Below are positions 1 through 9,930 of a stretch of DNA of 54,531 nt, one piece after another. The position numbers were made by a program, and so were the translations under genes. Below the pieces are notes generated by a model. The model searched no databases. It was not told the DNA's origin and saw only the letters and a list, made by a program, of their open reading frames with translations. The stretch is from Spirochaetales bacterium (GTDB lineage: Bacteria; Spirochaetota; Spirochaetia; DAHUYW01), in NCBI GenBank assembly GCA_027314665.1, contig DAHVAK010000080.1:1-54531 (forward strand), written 5' to 3'. Position 1 is the stretch's first letter. Every line of letters starts with the position of its first letter.

Positions 1-1371
1 GAGACCGGTCACCACCTCGGCAAGCTCTCTCCTTCGAGCCGGATCGTTCGTCAGAAGGAGCTCGGCGGCCTTTCCCGGGACACCCATTCTTCCCGAAGCG
101 TTGATCACCGGGGAAATCTGCCATCCCACGTCGGTGGTGGAAAGGCGTTTGCCGAGGAGATTCTGCATCGAGATCAGCTCGCGCAGCCCTTCGCGCTCGG
201 TCGAGTTGAGGACCTCCATTCCGTTGCGCACAAGGACGCGGTTCTCGTTGCGCAGCGGCATGAGATCCGCGAGGGTTCCGAGGGCAACCAGGTCGAGAAT
301 GGGCCTGAAGTCCGCGAAGAGCCCAGGGCTGCGGACGTGCACCGCCGCAACATAGAGCTCCACGAAGAGATCAAGCTCGCTCAAGGTTGGGTCGTTGTAG
401 CCGGAGCCCCGCTGCTGCTCGCGGATCTTCAGGAGGCTCTTGCCCGCCACCTCGGGCAGCGCCGCGGCCAATTGAGGGGCCGTGTCGGAGAGGCCGAACT
501 CGACGCTCGGTCCGAAGAGCTCGCGCAGCATCCGCGCCTGCGGGGGAGCGTCATAGACCAGGATCTCGCAGCCGGCGAAGAAATCCACGAGCCGCGTCTG
601 CTCGATGCGCACCAGTCCCGGAGCGAGGTTCTCGGCAATTCGATCGACCACGACGAGGTTGCGGAGCTTCACCGCCTCGATGACGAAGGTCCCGTTGCCC
701 GGGCGCACGTTCATGAGGCAGAAGGTCTGTTTGTACAGCTCGCTCTGCGCGAAGCGCAGGGCCCACACCACCTTCGAGACGACCCCGCAGCCGGCGAGAT
801 CGCGGAAGGGGTAGCCGCAGTCCGGAAGCTTGGGGTCGATGACCGCAACCGCTTCCGGGAGCCCCTCCGGCGGGTTGTGGTGGTCCACGACGATCGTTTC
901 CATTCCCCGCTCGGCCGCATGGGCGATCTCGCGCGCGTTTGAGATTCCGCAGTCGACCGTGATGAGGAGATTCCCCTCTCCCTGCTCGACAAACAAATCG
1001 ACCGCTCGGATGGTGAGCCCGTAGGGATCATCCCCGTTGGGAAGCGCCCAGTCGACGTCCGCCCCCAGCTCTTCGAGAGTCGTGTACATGAGGACCGTCG
1101 AGGTGATCCCGTCGACGTCTCGGTCTCCGAAGATCTTGATCTTTTCGCCATCCTCGATTGCCGCGAGGATGCGGTCGACCGCGTCCTCCATTGCGCTGAA
1201 GAGGAAGGGATTGTGCGCGATGCGAAGGTCCTTCTCCAGGTAGAAGCGAACCTCCTCCGGCGTCGTGATCCCTCTGCGGGAGAGGATTGTCGCGGTGAGA
1301 AGATCGACCCCGAAGCGGGCGGCAATCTCTTTGACCTGGGTGGAATCGATCTCCTTCTTATGCCACGTCAT
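1..1371 (-). CDS. recJ: single-stranded-DNA-specific exonuclease RecJ (3' part runs off the window)
   Basis: Absent from the ORF track because there is no stop in the window. Manual translation from ATG 1371: MTWHKKEIDSTQVKEIAARFGVDLL..., with DHH-family motifs GDRDVDGITST, ITVDCGI, VDHH, DLVALGTLADLMPL, NRVLVRNG and PVINASGRMG. Confidence 0.95.
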   Translation of the reverse strand, partial: MTWHKKEIDSTQVKEIAARFGVDLLTATILSRRGITTPEEVRFYLEKDLRIAHNPFLFSAMEDAVDRILAAIEDGEKIKIFGDRDVDGITSTVLMYTTLEELGADVDWALPNGDDPYGLTIRAVDLFVEQGEGNLLITVDCGISNAREIAHAAERGMETIVVDHHNPPEGLPEAVAVIDPKLPDCGYPFRDLAGCGVVSKVVWALRFAQSELYKQTFCLMNVRPGNGTFVIEAVKLRNLVVVDRIAENLAPGLVRIEQTRLVDFFAGCEILVYDAPPQARMLRELFGPSVEFGLSDTAPQLAAALPEVAGKSLLKIREQQRGSGYNDPTLSELDLFVELYVAAVHVRSPGLFADFRPILDLVALGTLADLMPLRNENRVLVRNGMEVLNSTEREGLRELISMQNLLGKRLSTTDVGWQISPVINASGRMGVPGKAAELLLTNDPARRRELAEVVTGL

Positions 1372-1382
1372 GGTGCTCCATC

Positions 1383-1925
1383 CTATCGTATGAAATCGAT
1401 CGCGCCCACCTCGCGGTAGACGGCTCCCTCCCGACGGAGGATGGACTCGAAAAGCACGCAGCGCTCGACCGCAAAGCGCGCCCCCGCCCCGTCGTAGGAC
1501 TCGAGATCGGGAAGCTCACCCGGGCTCTTTACGCGCCCGAGGGTCACATGGGGGGTGTAGGGGCGCCGTTCCGGGGCGACGAGGCCCTCGGTGAGCGGGG
1601 CAAGCCTGCGATGGAAGGCGCGGCACTCCTCCGCCCCTTGGGCGAGGCGAGCGAAGATCACCCGCGGGCTTCCCCGCTCGGGGAAACGCCCAAGCCCCCC
1701 CAGCTCCACCGAAAAGGGCACCCCCGAGAGCGTGGGGTGGTGGATGAGCTCGAGCGCGCGGCTGACCCCCGACTCGTCGAGCTCGCCGAGAAAGACCAGG
1801 GTAACATGGAGCTGCCCGGCCCCCACCCAGGAGACTCCGCGCCCCGAGCGGCGCAGCGGCTCGAGCGCCTGCCACAGGCGCTCGCGAATCTCCTCGGGGA
1901 TCGGAAAGGCGAAGAAGGCTCTCAT
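1383..1925 (-). CDS. thpR: RNA 2',3'-cyclic phosphodiesterase (2'-5' RNA ligase, 2H family)
   Basis: MRAFFAFPIP start; two HxT motifs (LHVTL, PHVTL); FP...PRVI and LFESIL...GAVY signatures. Confidence 0.92.
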   Translation of the reverse strand: MRAFFAFPIPEEIRERLWQALEPLRRSGRGVSWVGAGQLHVTLVFLGELDESGVSRALELIHHPTLSGVPFSVELGGLGRFPERGSPRVIFARLAQGAEECRAFHRRLAPLTEGLVAPERRPYTPHVTLGRVKSPGELPDLESYDGAGARFAVERCVLFESILRREGAVYREVGAIDFIR

Positions 1926-1936
1926 CGCAGCTCGCC

Positions 1937-2818
1937 TCACTCCGGTGAGGGTCCGCCCTCAGGCTCCCCCCGAGTGCCTGAGGCCTCCGTGCGGACGCGC
2001 GGGGGAGTTTGCGCCGGGCGCCCTTCCATCCGCGAACGACGGGGCGCCCCCTTCCCGAGAGAGGCCGGGCCGGCCTGGAGGCTCAAGAGCGGAGCCTCGA
2101 CGATCTCCTGGATGAGCCCATGGAGAAAGGCAAGGAGGTCAAGCTCCGAGCGGCGCTCGAGACCGATCGCGGCGGACTCGCGCAGGGAGAGGGCTTCGGT
2201 GTGGGCGAGGTAGCGCAGGCTGCCTGCGGAGAGCGCCACCGACTCCTCCTCGATTCCCTCGGAGAGGCTTTCGGCGCACTCCTCGCAGAGAAGCTCCTCT
2301 CCTCCACGGCGGTAGCGCGCCCCCCCCGGGAAGCTCCGCCCGCACGAGCTGCAGCTCTCGGTGTTCGGCCTGAAGCCGAGCAGCCCCACGAGCCTCCACA
2401 GATACTGGATCTCAACCCTCTCGGGGGGAGCCGCGGAGTCGAGCACCGTAAGCGAATCCTTCAGCAGTCGATAGACCTGATCGTAGCCCTCCCCGCCTCC
2501 ATAGGACTTCAGGACCACCTCCGCCATGAGAGATGCCGTGTAGAAGCGGGTGAGATCCGTCCGGATCGAATCGAAGAAGGAGAGCGGCTCCATTTCGGTG
2601 ATCTTGTAGCTCTTTTTCACCGGGTCGTAGTAGAGGTAGGCGGTCGAGCAGGTGAAGAGCTCGGTGGTCGCGCCCAGCTTCCCCTTGCCCTTGTAGGCCC
2701 CGTGAGCGATGGCCTGGATCACCCCAATGGTCGGCGACAGCAGATGGACGAGTTTGTGAAACTCCTGGAGCCGGGTGCTCTTCAGCACGATCACCTCTCC
2801 CTTGAGATTACGGCTCAT
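1937..2818 (-). CDS. recO: DNA repair protein RecO
   Basis: MSRNLKGEVIVLKS..., OB-fold N-terminus (GVIQAIAHGAYK), LLGFRPNTESCSSC...LLCEEC zinc finger; start re-called to ATG 2818. Confidence 0.92.
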   Translation of the reverse strand: MSRNLKGEVIVLKSTRLQEFHKLVHLLSPTIGVIQAIAHGAYKGKGKLGATTELFTCSTAYLYYDPVKKSYKITEMEPLSFFDSIRTDLTRFYTASLMAEVVLKSYGGGEGYDQVYRLLKDSLTVLDSAAPPERVEIQYLWRLVGLLGFRPNTESCSSCGRSFPGGARYRRGGEELLCEECAESLSEGIEEESVALSAGSLRYLAHTEALSLRESAAIGLERRSELDLLAFLHGLIQEIVEAPLLSLQAGPASLGKGAPRRSRMEGRPAQTPPRVRTEASGTRGEPEGGPSPE

Positions 2819-2998
2819 ATGGGTGCATGATATCAGCAAATCGAGGGGATTTGGTAGGGCCGTCGCTCCCGACCGGGTCGCGCACGCTCGGTTGCATTTT
2901 CGGTCGATTCCTAGTAATTTCTTACGGGCGACCCGGCCGCAGCATCGGTGCCGGGAAGAATCTCCACCGATCGAATACTCCAATCTCGAGGGACGTCA

Positions 2999-5350
2999 AT
3001 GGCAGAATCAGAGAAAGAAATAATACCTGCGCACCTGATCCTCCCGAACAAGGTCATCATCATGCCGCTGCAGGGCAGACCGATCTTCCCCGGGATCTTC
3101 ATCCCGATGATGATCGGCTCCCCGCAGGACATCCAGGTCGTCGAGCTTGCCCTCCAGGGCGACGCCATGATCGGGCTGCTCCTCGTCCGGCGCGAAGAGG
3201 CCGAGGTCTCCAAGGCCGACGACCTCTACACGGTGGGGACCATCGCCAAGATCGTGCGCAAGATCAACCTGCCCGATGGCGGGATGAACATCTTCATCTC
3301 GACCCTAAAGCGCTTCCACGTCAAGAAGTTCCTCAAGGAGGAGACGCCGATCACCGCGGCGGTGGAGTTCCTCGATGACGCGGGCGCCGACACCGACGAG
3401 GCGACCGCCCTCACCCGCTCCCTCATCTCGGAGATGAAGCAGATCTCCGAGAACAACCCCCTCTTCTCCGAGGAGATGCGCCTGAACATGGTCAACATCG
3501 ACCAGCCGGGAAAGATCGCGGACTTCATCACCTCGATCCTCAACGTCGACCGCCACGCCCAGCAGAAGATCCTCGAGACCCTGAACATACGCGAGAGGAT
3601 GGAGCAGGTGCTGGTCTTCATCAAGCGCGAGCAGGAGCTCCTGCGCATCCAGAAAAAGATCCAGACCCAGATCAACGACAAGATCGAGAAGAGCCAGCGC
3701 GAGTACTTCCTCAAAGAGGAGCTGAAGGCGATCAGGCAGGAGCTCGGGATGCCCGTCGATTCCAAGTCGGGGGAGTACCTGCGCTTCAAGGAGCAGATCG
3801 AGAAGCTTGCGCTCACCGGAGAGGCAAAGGAGCAGGTCGAGCAGGAGCTGGAGAAATTCGCGCTCATGGACCCGAACTCCTCCGAGTTCATCGTCACTCG
3901 CAACTACCTCGACACGATCGTCTCGCTTCCTTGGAGGGATCCCGAGCCGGAGAGCCTCGACCTCGAGCGCGCGCGAAAGGTCCTCGATGCGGATCACTAC
4001 GGCCTCGAGGACGTCAAGGAGCGGATCCTGGAGTTTCTCGCGGTGCGCAAGCTTCGCAAGGACACCAAGGGCTCGATCCTCTGCTTCGTCGGCCCGCCCG
4101 GGGTGGGCAAGACTTCGATCGGGCGCTCGATCGCAAGCGCTCTCGGCAAGAAGTTCTTCCGATTCTCGGTCGGAGGGATGCGCGACGAGGCGGAGATCAA
4201 GGGCCATCGCCGCACCTACGTGGGCGCGATGTCGGGCAAGATCATCCAAGGCTTGAAGATCGTCAAGGCAAAGGACCCGGTCTTCATGATCGACGAGATC
4301 GACAAGATGGGAGTCTCCTTCCAGGGCGACCCTTCATCAGCGCTCCTCGAGGTTCTCGACCCCGAGCAGAACGTCTCTTTCCGCGACCACTATCTCGACC
4401 TGCCCTTCGATATCTCGCACGTCCTGTTCATAGCCACGGCGAACACCACCGAGACCATCCCTCAGCCGCTTCTCGACCGCATGGAGGTGATCCGCCTCTC
4501 CGGATACATAGACGAAGAGAAGATCGCCATCGCCCAGCGTTATCTCATCCCGAAGTCGCTTGAGCGCAGCGGGCTTGCGAAGAATCGGGTGAGATACCCC
4601 AAGGGCACCCTCCAGGCCATCGCCGCAGGCTACTCGCGCGACGCGGGGATGCGCAGCTACGAGAAGGCCCTCGATCGGATACACCGCAAGGTTGCCATGA
4701 AGGTGGTACTCGGAAACCTTAAGGTCGGGATCGCCCTGGCGCCGGAGAACCTCGAGGAGTACCTTGGCCAGCCCGTCTTCCGCGACGGGGAAACACGCTG
4801 GAAGCTGAAGCCGGGCATGGCGATCGGACTCGCCTATACGAGCTTCGGAGGCGACACCCTCCTCATCGAGGCCGTCTCGAACCCCGGCAAGGAGGGCTTC
4901 AAGCTGACCGGGCAGATGGGGCAGGTGATGCAGGAGTCGGCGAGCATCGCCTACACCTATGTCCGCCACATCTCGGACCGCTTCAAGGTCGACCGCTCCT
5001 TCTTCGAGGAGAACCAGATCCACCTCCACATCCCCGCCGGGGCCACTCCGAAGGACGGCCCATCGGCCGGGATCACCATGGCCTGCTGCCTGCTCTCGCT
5101 CGTAACCGGCAAGACCCTCCGCCCCAATCTCGCGATGACCGGCGAGCTCTCGCTAGCCGGAAACGTCCTTCCCATCGGCGGCCTGAAGGAAAAGACGATC
5201 GCGGCCCGTCGCCACGGGATCAAGACCATCCTCATGCCGAAGGAGAATCTCAAGGATCTCGAAGAGATCCCCGATCACGTCAAGAAGGGAATCACCTTCC
5301 ACCCGGTCGAGAGCATGGAGGAGGTCATCGAGAAGGCCTTCGCCCGATAG
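2999..5350 (+). CDS. lon: ATP-dependent Lon protease
   Basis: Lon N-domain, DHYGLEDVKERILE, Walker A GPPGVGKT, Walker B IDEIDK, catalytic PKDGPSAG and IGGLKEK. Confidence 0.98.
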   Translation: MAESEKEIIPAHLILPNKVIIMPLQGRPIFPGIFIPMMIGSPQDIQVVELALQGDAMIGLLLVRREEAEVSKADDLYTVGTIAKIVRKINLPDGGMNIFISTLKRFHVKKFLKEETPITAAVEFLDDAGADTDEATALTRSLISEMKQISENNPLFSEEMRLNMVNIDQPGKIADFITSILNVDRHAQQKILETLNIRERMEQVLVFIKREQELLRIQKKIQTQINDKIEKSQREYFLKEELKAIRQELGMPVDSKSGEYLRFKEQIEKLALTGEAKEQVEQELEKFALMDPNSSEFIVTRNYLDTIVSLPWRDPEPESLDLERARKVLDADHYGLEDVKERILEFLAVRKLRKDTKGSILCFVGPPGVGKTSIGRSIASALGKKFFRFSVGGMRDEAEIKGHRRTYVGAMSGKIIQGLKIVKAKDPVFMIDEIDKMGVSFQGDPSSALLEVLDPEQNVSFRDHYLDLPFDISHVLFIATANTTETIPQPLLDRMEVIRLSGYIDEEKIAIAQRYLIPKSLERSGLAKNRVRYPKGTLQAIAAGYSRDAGMRSYEKALDRIHRKVAMKVVLGNLKVGIALAPENLEEYLGQPVFRDGETRWKLKPGMAIGLAYTSFGGDTLLIEAVSNPGKEGFKLTGQMGQVMQESASIAYTYVRHISDRFKVDRSFFEENQIHLHIPAGATPKDGPSAGITMACCLLSLVTGKTLRPNLAMTGELSLAGNVLPIGGLKEKTIAARRHGIKTILMPKENLKDLEEIPDHVKKGITFHPVESMEEVIEKAFAR

Positions 5351-5372
5351 CACCGCCCTCGCGGGGGACTGC

Positions 5373-5397
5373 CGCCGGGGAGCTATCGTCCCCGGCG
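5373..5397. terminator. hairpin between the convergent lon and ilvD genes, possibly a bidirectional terminator
   Basis: Perfect 9-bp stem CGCCGGGGA / TCCCCGGCG with a 7-nt loop; no clear U-tract. Confidence 0.5.
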
Positions 5398-5407
5398 CAG
5401 GCCCTTC

Positions 5408-7246
5408 CTACCCCTCCTCGGGGATCTCGCGGACCGCCCCACGATCCGCGGAGGTTACGTGTATCGCGTAGAGCCGAAGGGCCGGGCTCACCGCCCGCGC
5501 ACGCGCAGGCGGCCTGAAGGCGAGCTTTCCCTTCGCCTCTTCCCGACGCCTTCGCGCGACGAGCTCCTCGCCGGTGATCTTCAGGTTCATGGCCCGATTG
5601 GGGATGTCGATCTCGATGGTGTCCCCGTCCTCGATGAGCGCAAGGGCGCCGCCGGCGGCGGCCTCCGGAGAGATGTGGCAGATCGAGAGGCCCGAGGTTC
5701 CGCCGGAGAAGCGCCCGTCGGTGATGAGGGCGCACTCTTTGCCGAGGTGCATGGCCTTGATGTAGGAGGTCGGATAGAGCATCTCCTGCATCCCCGGCCC
5801 GCCCTTCGGCCCCTCGTAGCGGATGACGACGACGTCCCCCGCCCTCACCTTCCCGCCGAGGATCCCTTCGCTCGCCTCATCCTGCGAGGAGAAGACCCGC
5901 GCGGTTCCCACGAAGTGGTAGATCGAGGGGTCAACCCCGGCGGTTTTCACGATACTCCCGCTCTCGGCGATATTGCCATAGAGGACCGCAAGCCCGCCAT
6001 CCTTGTAGTAGGCGTGCTCGAAGTCGCGGATGCAGCCGCCCTCCCGATCCGTGTCGAGCTCGCGGAAGCTGCTCGCCTGCGAGGCCATGACGAGGTTGCG
6101 CTTTCCGGCCGGGGCGCTGCGGAAAAGCTCGATCGCCTCCTCGGTGGCGCTCGGGCGGCGGATGTCGTGCTGGTCGATCGCCTCCTTCAGGCTCAGACCG
6201 TCGGCGCGGCGCACGCTCGTGTCGATCGCCGCGATGCGCTCGAGCTCGCCCATGATGGAGAGGATCCCGCCCGCCCGATTCACGTCCTCGACGTGGTAGG
6301 CCGAGCTCGGGGCCACCTTGCAGAGGCAGGGGATGCGCTTAGAGAGGGCGTCGATGTCCTTCATGGTGAAATCGACCTCGCCCTCGTGCGCGATGGCGAG
6401 GAGGTGGAGCACGGTGTTCGTCGAGCCTCCCATCGCGATGTCGAGAGCCATGGCGTTCAGGAAGGCGGCCTTGGTCGCGATCCCGCGGGGGAGCACGCTC
6501 GTATCCCCCTCGTCGTAGTAGCGGCGGGCGTTGCGCACGATCTGGCGAGCAGCCCGCTCGAAGAGGCGCTTGCGGTTCGCATGAGTGGCAACCACCGTGC
6601 CGTTGCCGGGAAGGGCGAGACCGAGGGCCTCGTTCAGGCAGTTCATCGAGTTCGCCGTGAACATCCCCGAGCAGCTCCCGCAGGTCGGGCAGGCGGCCCG
6701 CTCGAGGGCGAGCACCTCCTCGTCGGAGACCGCCGCGTCGGCGCTCATGACCATGGCATCGACGAGGTCGTACTTCTTGCTTCCGACCACGCCGGCCTCC
6801 ATCGGCCCGCCCGAGACGAAGATAGTGGGGATGTTCAGGCGCATCGCCGCCATGAGCATCCCGGGGGTGATCTTGTCGCAGTTGGAGATGCACACGAGGG
6901 CGTCCACCTTGTGGGCGTTGCACATGTACTCGACGCTGTCCGCGATGAGGTCCCGTGAGGGAAGCGAGTAGAGCATCCCGTCGTGCCCCATGGCGATTCC
7001 GTCGTCGACCGCGATCGTGTTGAACTCCACTCCGAAGCAGCCCTCCGAGTCGATCACCGACTTCACGTATTGTCCGATGTCGTGAAGGTGGGCGTGGCCG
7101 GGCACCATCTGGGTGAAGGAGTTGGCGACGGCGATGATCGGCTTGCCGAAGCCGCTCTCCTGCATGCCCACCGCCCGCCAAAGCGCCCGCGCTCCCGCCA
7201 TGCGGCGACCCTCGGTTGTTGTCAGGCTTCGAAGAGGGATTTTCAT
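5408..7246 (-). CDS. ilvD: dihydroxy-acid dehydratase
   Basis: [57 protein letters not shown]. Confidence 0.98.
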   Translation of the reverse strand: MKIPLRSLTTTEGRRMAGARALWRAVGMQESGFGKPIIAVANSFTQMVPGHAHLHDIGQYVKSVIDSEGCFGVEFNTIAVDDGIAMGHDGMLYSLPSRDLIADSVEYMCNAHKVDALVCISNCDKITPGMLMAAMRLNIPTIFVSGGPMEAGVVGSKKYDLVDAMVMSADAAVSDEEVLALERAACPTCGSCSGMFTANSMNCLNEALGLALPGNGTVVATHANRKRLFERAARQIVRNARRYYDEGDTSVLPRGIATKAAFLNAMALDIAMGGSTNTVLHLLAIAHEGEVDFTMKDIDALSKRIPCLCKVAPSSAYHVEDVNRAGGILSIMGELERIAAIDTSVRRADGLSLKEAIDQHDIRRPSATEEAIELFRSAPAGKRNLVMASQASSFRELDTDREGGCIRDFEHAYYKDGGLAVLYGNIAESGSIVKTAGVDPSIYHFVGTARVFSSQDEASEGILGGKVRAGDVVVIRYEGPKGGPGMQEMLYPTSYIKAMHLGKECALITDGRFSGGTSGLSICHISPEAAAGGALALIEDGDTIEIDIPNRAMNLKITGEELVARRRREEAKGKLAFRPPARARAVSPALRLYAIHVTSADRGAVREIPEEG

Positions 7247-7340
7247 CGGTCTCCTCCGGTTCTATGACTGTTGCGAGTAGATTAGCGACAAATTGCGCCG
7301 AACGCAAGAAGGGGCGGCGCTTCGCCCGCTGGGACGACCT

Positions 7341-8771
7341 TCACTTTGTGCTGCTCGCGCCTTGCCTCATGCTCGCCGCCGCTAGTCGGTCGCTGACGAG
7401 GAGTGCAGCGCCCATCCCCAGGAGGGCAAGGAGAGCCGAGACTGCAAAGGTCTCGTGGAAGGCTTCCCAGGCTCCCGCGACCGTCTGCGGGTTTCCCGCC
7501 GCCGCGTGGTGCGCCGCCATCCGCGAGGCCAGGGCCGTGGCAAGGAAGGCAACCCCTGCGCCCGCGCCGAGCTGTCCGACAGTGCCGAACAAGGACGTAG
7601 CGCGTCCCAACTGCTCGGGAGCGAGGCGAGCGTAGGCGGCGGCGCCCAGAGCGACCAACGCGATCCCAAACGCCCAGCCGCGTGGCAAAAGGAGCAGGCG
7701 TATCCCCCACTCGCTTGTGCCCGCGCTCACCAGGACGAAACCGAGCGAAGAAAGCATCGACAGGAACATGCTCGCAAGCAGAAGTCTCCGCGGGCCGACT
7801 CGGCGATACCAGCGCGCCGCGAGGGGAACCGCCATCCCGACCCCAATCGCCACGGGAAAGGCAACGAGCCCCGAATGGAAGGGCGACAGCCCCTTTTCGG
7901 ACTGCAGCAGGAAGGGCAAGAGAAAAATGCCTCCGACGAAGAGGGCCTGAACGAAGAACATCGCAATCGTCCCCGCCGCAAAGAGGCGGTCGGCGAAGAG
8001 CCGCAAGGCAACCATCGGCTCGCGAGTCGTAAGCTCGCGGGCCACGAAGAGCGCGAGGAGCACCGCTCCGGCCCCCGCAGCGAGCCCTACCGAGTCATCC
8101 CCGAGCCCCCGCAACCCCACCTCCTGGAGGGCGTAGATCACGGCGCCGACTCCCGCGCTTCCCGTCAAGAAGCCAACCGCGTCAAAGCGGCCCTCTCGGT
8201 TTTGGACATCCTCTCTCAGGCCGATCCCTGCCATGAGGATCCCGAGGATGGCGAAGGGGAGGTTCACCAAAAAGATCCAGGTCCAACCGACATACTGCAC
8301 GAGGTACCCGCCAACGACCGGGCCGAGGGCGGGTGCGATGACCGTGGGAACGGCGATGAGGGCGGTAACCTTCGCACGTTCCTCGGGCGGAAAGACTCGA
8401 TAGAGCATCGTGGTCCCAACAGGGGTGAGGAGCCCGGCCCCCGCTCCCTGAAGGACCCGAAAGAGGATGAGCGTTTCGGCGCTCCACGAGGTCGCGCACA
8501 GGCCCGAGCCGAGGGCGAAGGTCACCAAGCCAAGAAGAAAGGTGCCCTTCGTCCCGATGCGGTCTCCCATCCATCCACTCAGGGGGATAAGCATGGCCAG
8601 GCTCAACAGATAGCCCGTAACGGTCCACCCCATCGTGGTCGAAGAAGCACGAAAGAAGCCTCCGATGGTCGGAAGGCCGACGTTGACAATGGTCGAGTCC
8701 ATGTACTGCATGAACGAATTGAAGACCACCACAATGACGACGATCCACCGGTATTCCAGCCGCCTTCTCAT
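7341..8771 (-). CDS. MFS drug efflux transporter, DHA2 (EmrB/QacA) family
   Basis: MDSTIVNVGLP, GWMGDRIG, FRVLQGAG, APALGPVVGG, WIFLVNLP motifs; about 14 hydrophobic segments. Confidence 0.93.
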   Translation of the reverse strand: MRRRLEYRWIVVIVVVFNSFMQYMDSTIVNVGLPTIGGFFRASSTTMGWTVTGYLLSLAMLIPLSGWMGDRIGTKGTFLLGLVTFALGSGLCATSWSAETLILFRVLQGAGAGLLTPVGTTMLYRVFPPEERAKVTALIAVPTVIAPALGPVVGGYLVQYVGWTWIFLVNLPFAILGILMAGIGLREDVQNREGRFDAVGFLTGSAGVGAVIYALQEVGLRGLGDDSVGLAAGAGAVLLALFVARELTTREPMVALRLFADRLFAAGTIAMFFVQALFVGGIFLLPFLLQSEKGLSPFHSGLVAFPVAIGVGMAVPLAARWYRRVGPRRLLLASMFLSMLSSLGFVLVSAGTSEWGIRLLLLPRGWAFGIALVALGAAAYARLAPEQLGRATSLFGTVGQLGAGAGVAFLATALASRMAAHHAAAGNPQTVAGAWEAFHETFAVSALLALLGMGAALLVSDRLAAASMRQGASSTK

Positions 8772-8791
8772 TCTTCTGCTCCTTCAGACTT

Positions 8792-8807
8792 AGGTGTATA
8801 TACACTT
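8792..8807. promoter_or_regulatory. palindromic operator upstream of the MFS gene (probable MarR site)
   Basis: Perfect palindrome GTGTATATACAC at 8794-8805; near-identical copy at 9297-9312. Confidence 0.75.
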
Positions 8808-8827
8808 TATTGGCAAAAAAAGAGGAC

Positions 8828-9292
8828 CTACCCGCGTCCCGCCGCACGACGAACCGCTGCGAGCTTCGCAAGGAGCACGCGGAAATCCCCCTCCCCCATC
8901 GCCCGGATGAACTGCGCCTGCGCCTCCTCCCAAAGTGCAAGGGCCCTTCCCAGGGTCCGCCTCCCCTTCTCGGTGATCGTCAAGAGACGGCTCCGGCGGT
9001 CCGCCCCGGGGCTCTCCGCGGTGAAGCCTTGACGCTCGAGGGGGCGCCAGTTCCTCGTGAGGGTCGTGCGGTCCATCTCGAGAAGGCGCGCGAGCCGCGT
9101 GAGCGGCATCGGCCCCCCCTGGTCGAGGGCAACCAGGATGGGTAGCTGCGTGGTGCGAATCCCGCTCGAGGCGAGGCGCTCGTTGTACAGCGCGGTGACC
9201 GCCCGCGAGGCCCTGCGGAGATTGAAGGAGACGCAGACTTCCGGATATTCCTTGCCCCGTGGAGCTCTCTTTCCCTTCCCGTCCGGATCCAT
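8828..9292 (-). CDS. MarR-family transcriptional regulator
   Basis: CVSFNLRRASRAVTALYNERL, LARLLEMDRTTLTRN HTH, DRRSRLLTITEKG wing. Confidence 0.93.
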   Translation of the reverse strand: MDPDGKGKRAPRGKEYPEVCVSFNLRRASRAVTALYNERLASSGIRTTQLPILVALDQGGPMPLTRLARLLEMDRTTLTRNWRPLERQGFTAESPGADRRSRLLTITEKGRRTLGRALALWEEAQAQFIRAMGEGDFRVLLAKLAAVRRAAGRG

Positions 9293-9328
9293 AGTTAGGA
9301 GTATATACACCTTTTCGTGCGCCGTCAA
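9293..9328 (-). promoter_or_regulatory. sigma70-type promoter of the marR gene with overlapping operator; likely leaderless mRNA
   Basis: TTGACG-N17-TATACT-N7-ATG; operator AGGAGTATATACACCT (9297-9312) covers the -10. Confidence 0.75.
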
Positions 9329-9930
9329 GATGGGTCGCCGCCCATGTCGCTCCCCACTCGCCGTCTCTCTCCGGCCCGCCTGGCCCGAACCTCAGTCGCA
9401 AGGAGATTCTCGGCCGTGGAGGCTCCGAGGAGGAGCCCCAACCCGCACAGAGCGACCCACTCCAGCGTCCAGCGAAGGCCTGGCCTGAGCGGGAGGAGGG
9501 GGCCGGCGCTCATGAAGAGGAGGAGCATGTAGCAGGCGGCCCCGTCATGCCGCCCCAATCGCGTGTAGCGGACGCAGCCGGCCCTAGCGCCGCCGCCAAA
9601 CCAGGAGGCGACGCAGACGACCGCGAGCCCTGGGAGGAGGAGATAACGGGCGTCGCTCACGCCGGCAGCGAGCCCCGCCGTGACGACCACCGCGGCGTCG
9701 CACCCGGCGTCCAGGAGCCGACCCCGCGGACCTTCCGTATGCAGACGGCGGGCGAGCGGGCCATCCACGAGGTCAGTCGCGACGATTGCGGCCATCACCG
9801 CAAGGGCCAGCCCGCTTCCGGCCGCGTAGAGCCCTACCCAGGGGACAAGGAGGAGAAGGCGCGAGAGGCTCACCCCATCCGCGAGTGTGAATCGCACGCC
9901 CAGCCCCTTAATCTGAAGCGAGGGTCGCAT
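9325..9930 (-). CDS. CDP-alcohol phosphatidyltransferase family protein
   Basis: Signature DxxDGxxAR...GxxxDxxxD (TDLVDGPLARR...GRLLDAGCD); multiple TM helices. Confidence 0.85.
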   Translation of the reverse strand: MRPSLQIKGLGVRFTLADGVSLSRLLLLVPWVGLYAAGSGLALAVMAAIVATDLVDGPLARRLHTEGPRGRLLDAGCDAAVVVTAGLAAGVSDARYLLLPGLAVVCVASWFGGGARAGCVRYTRLGRHDGAACYMLLLFMSAGPLLPLRPGLRWTLEWVALCGLGLLLGASTAENLLATEVRARRAGERRRVGSDMGGDPS

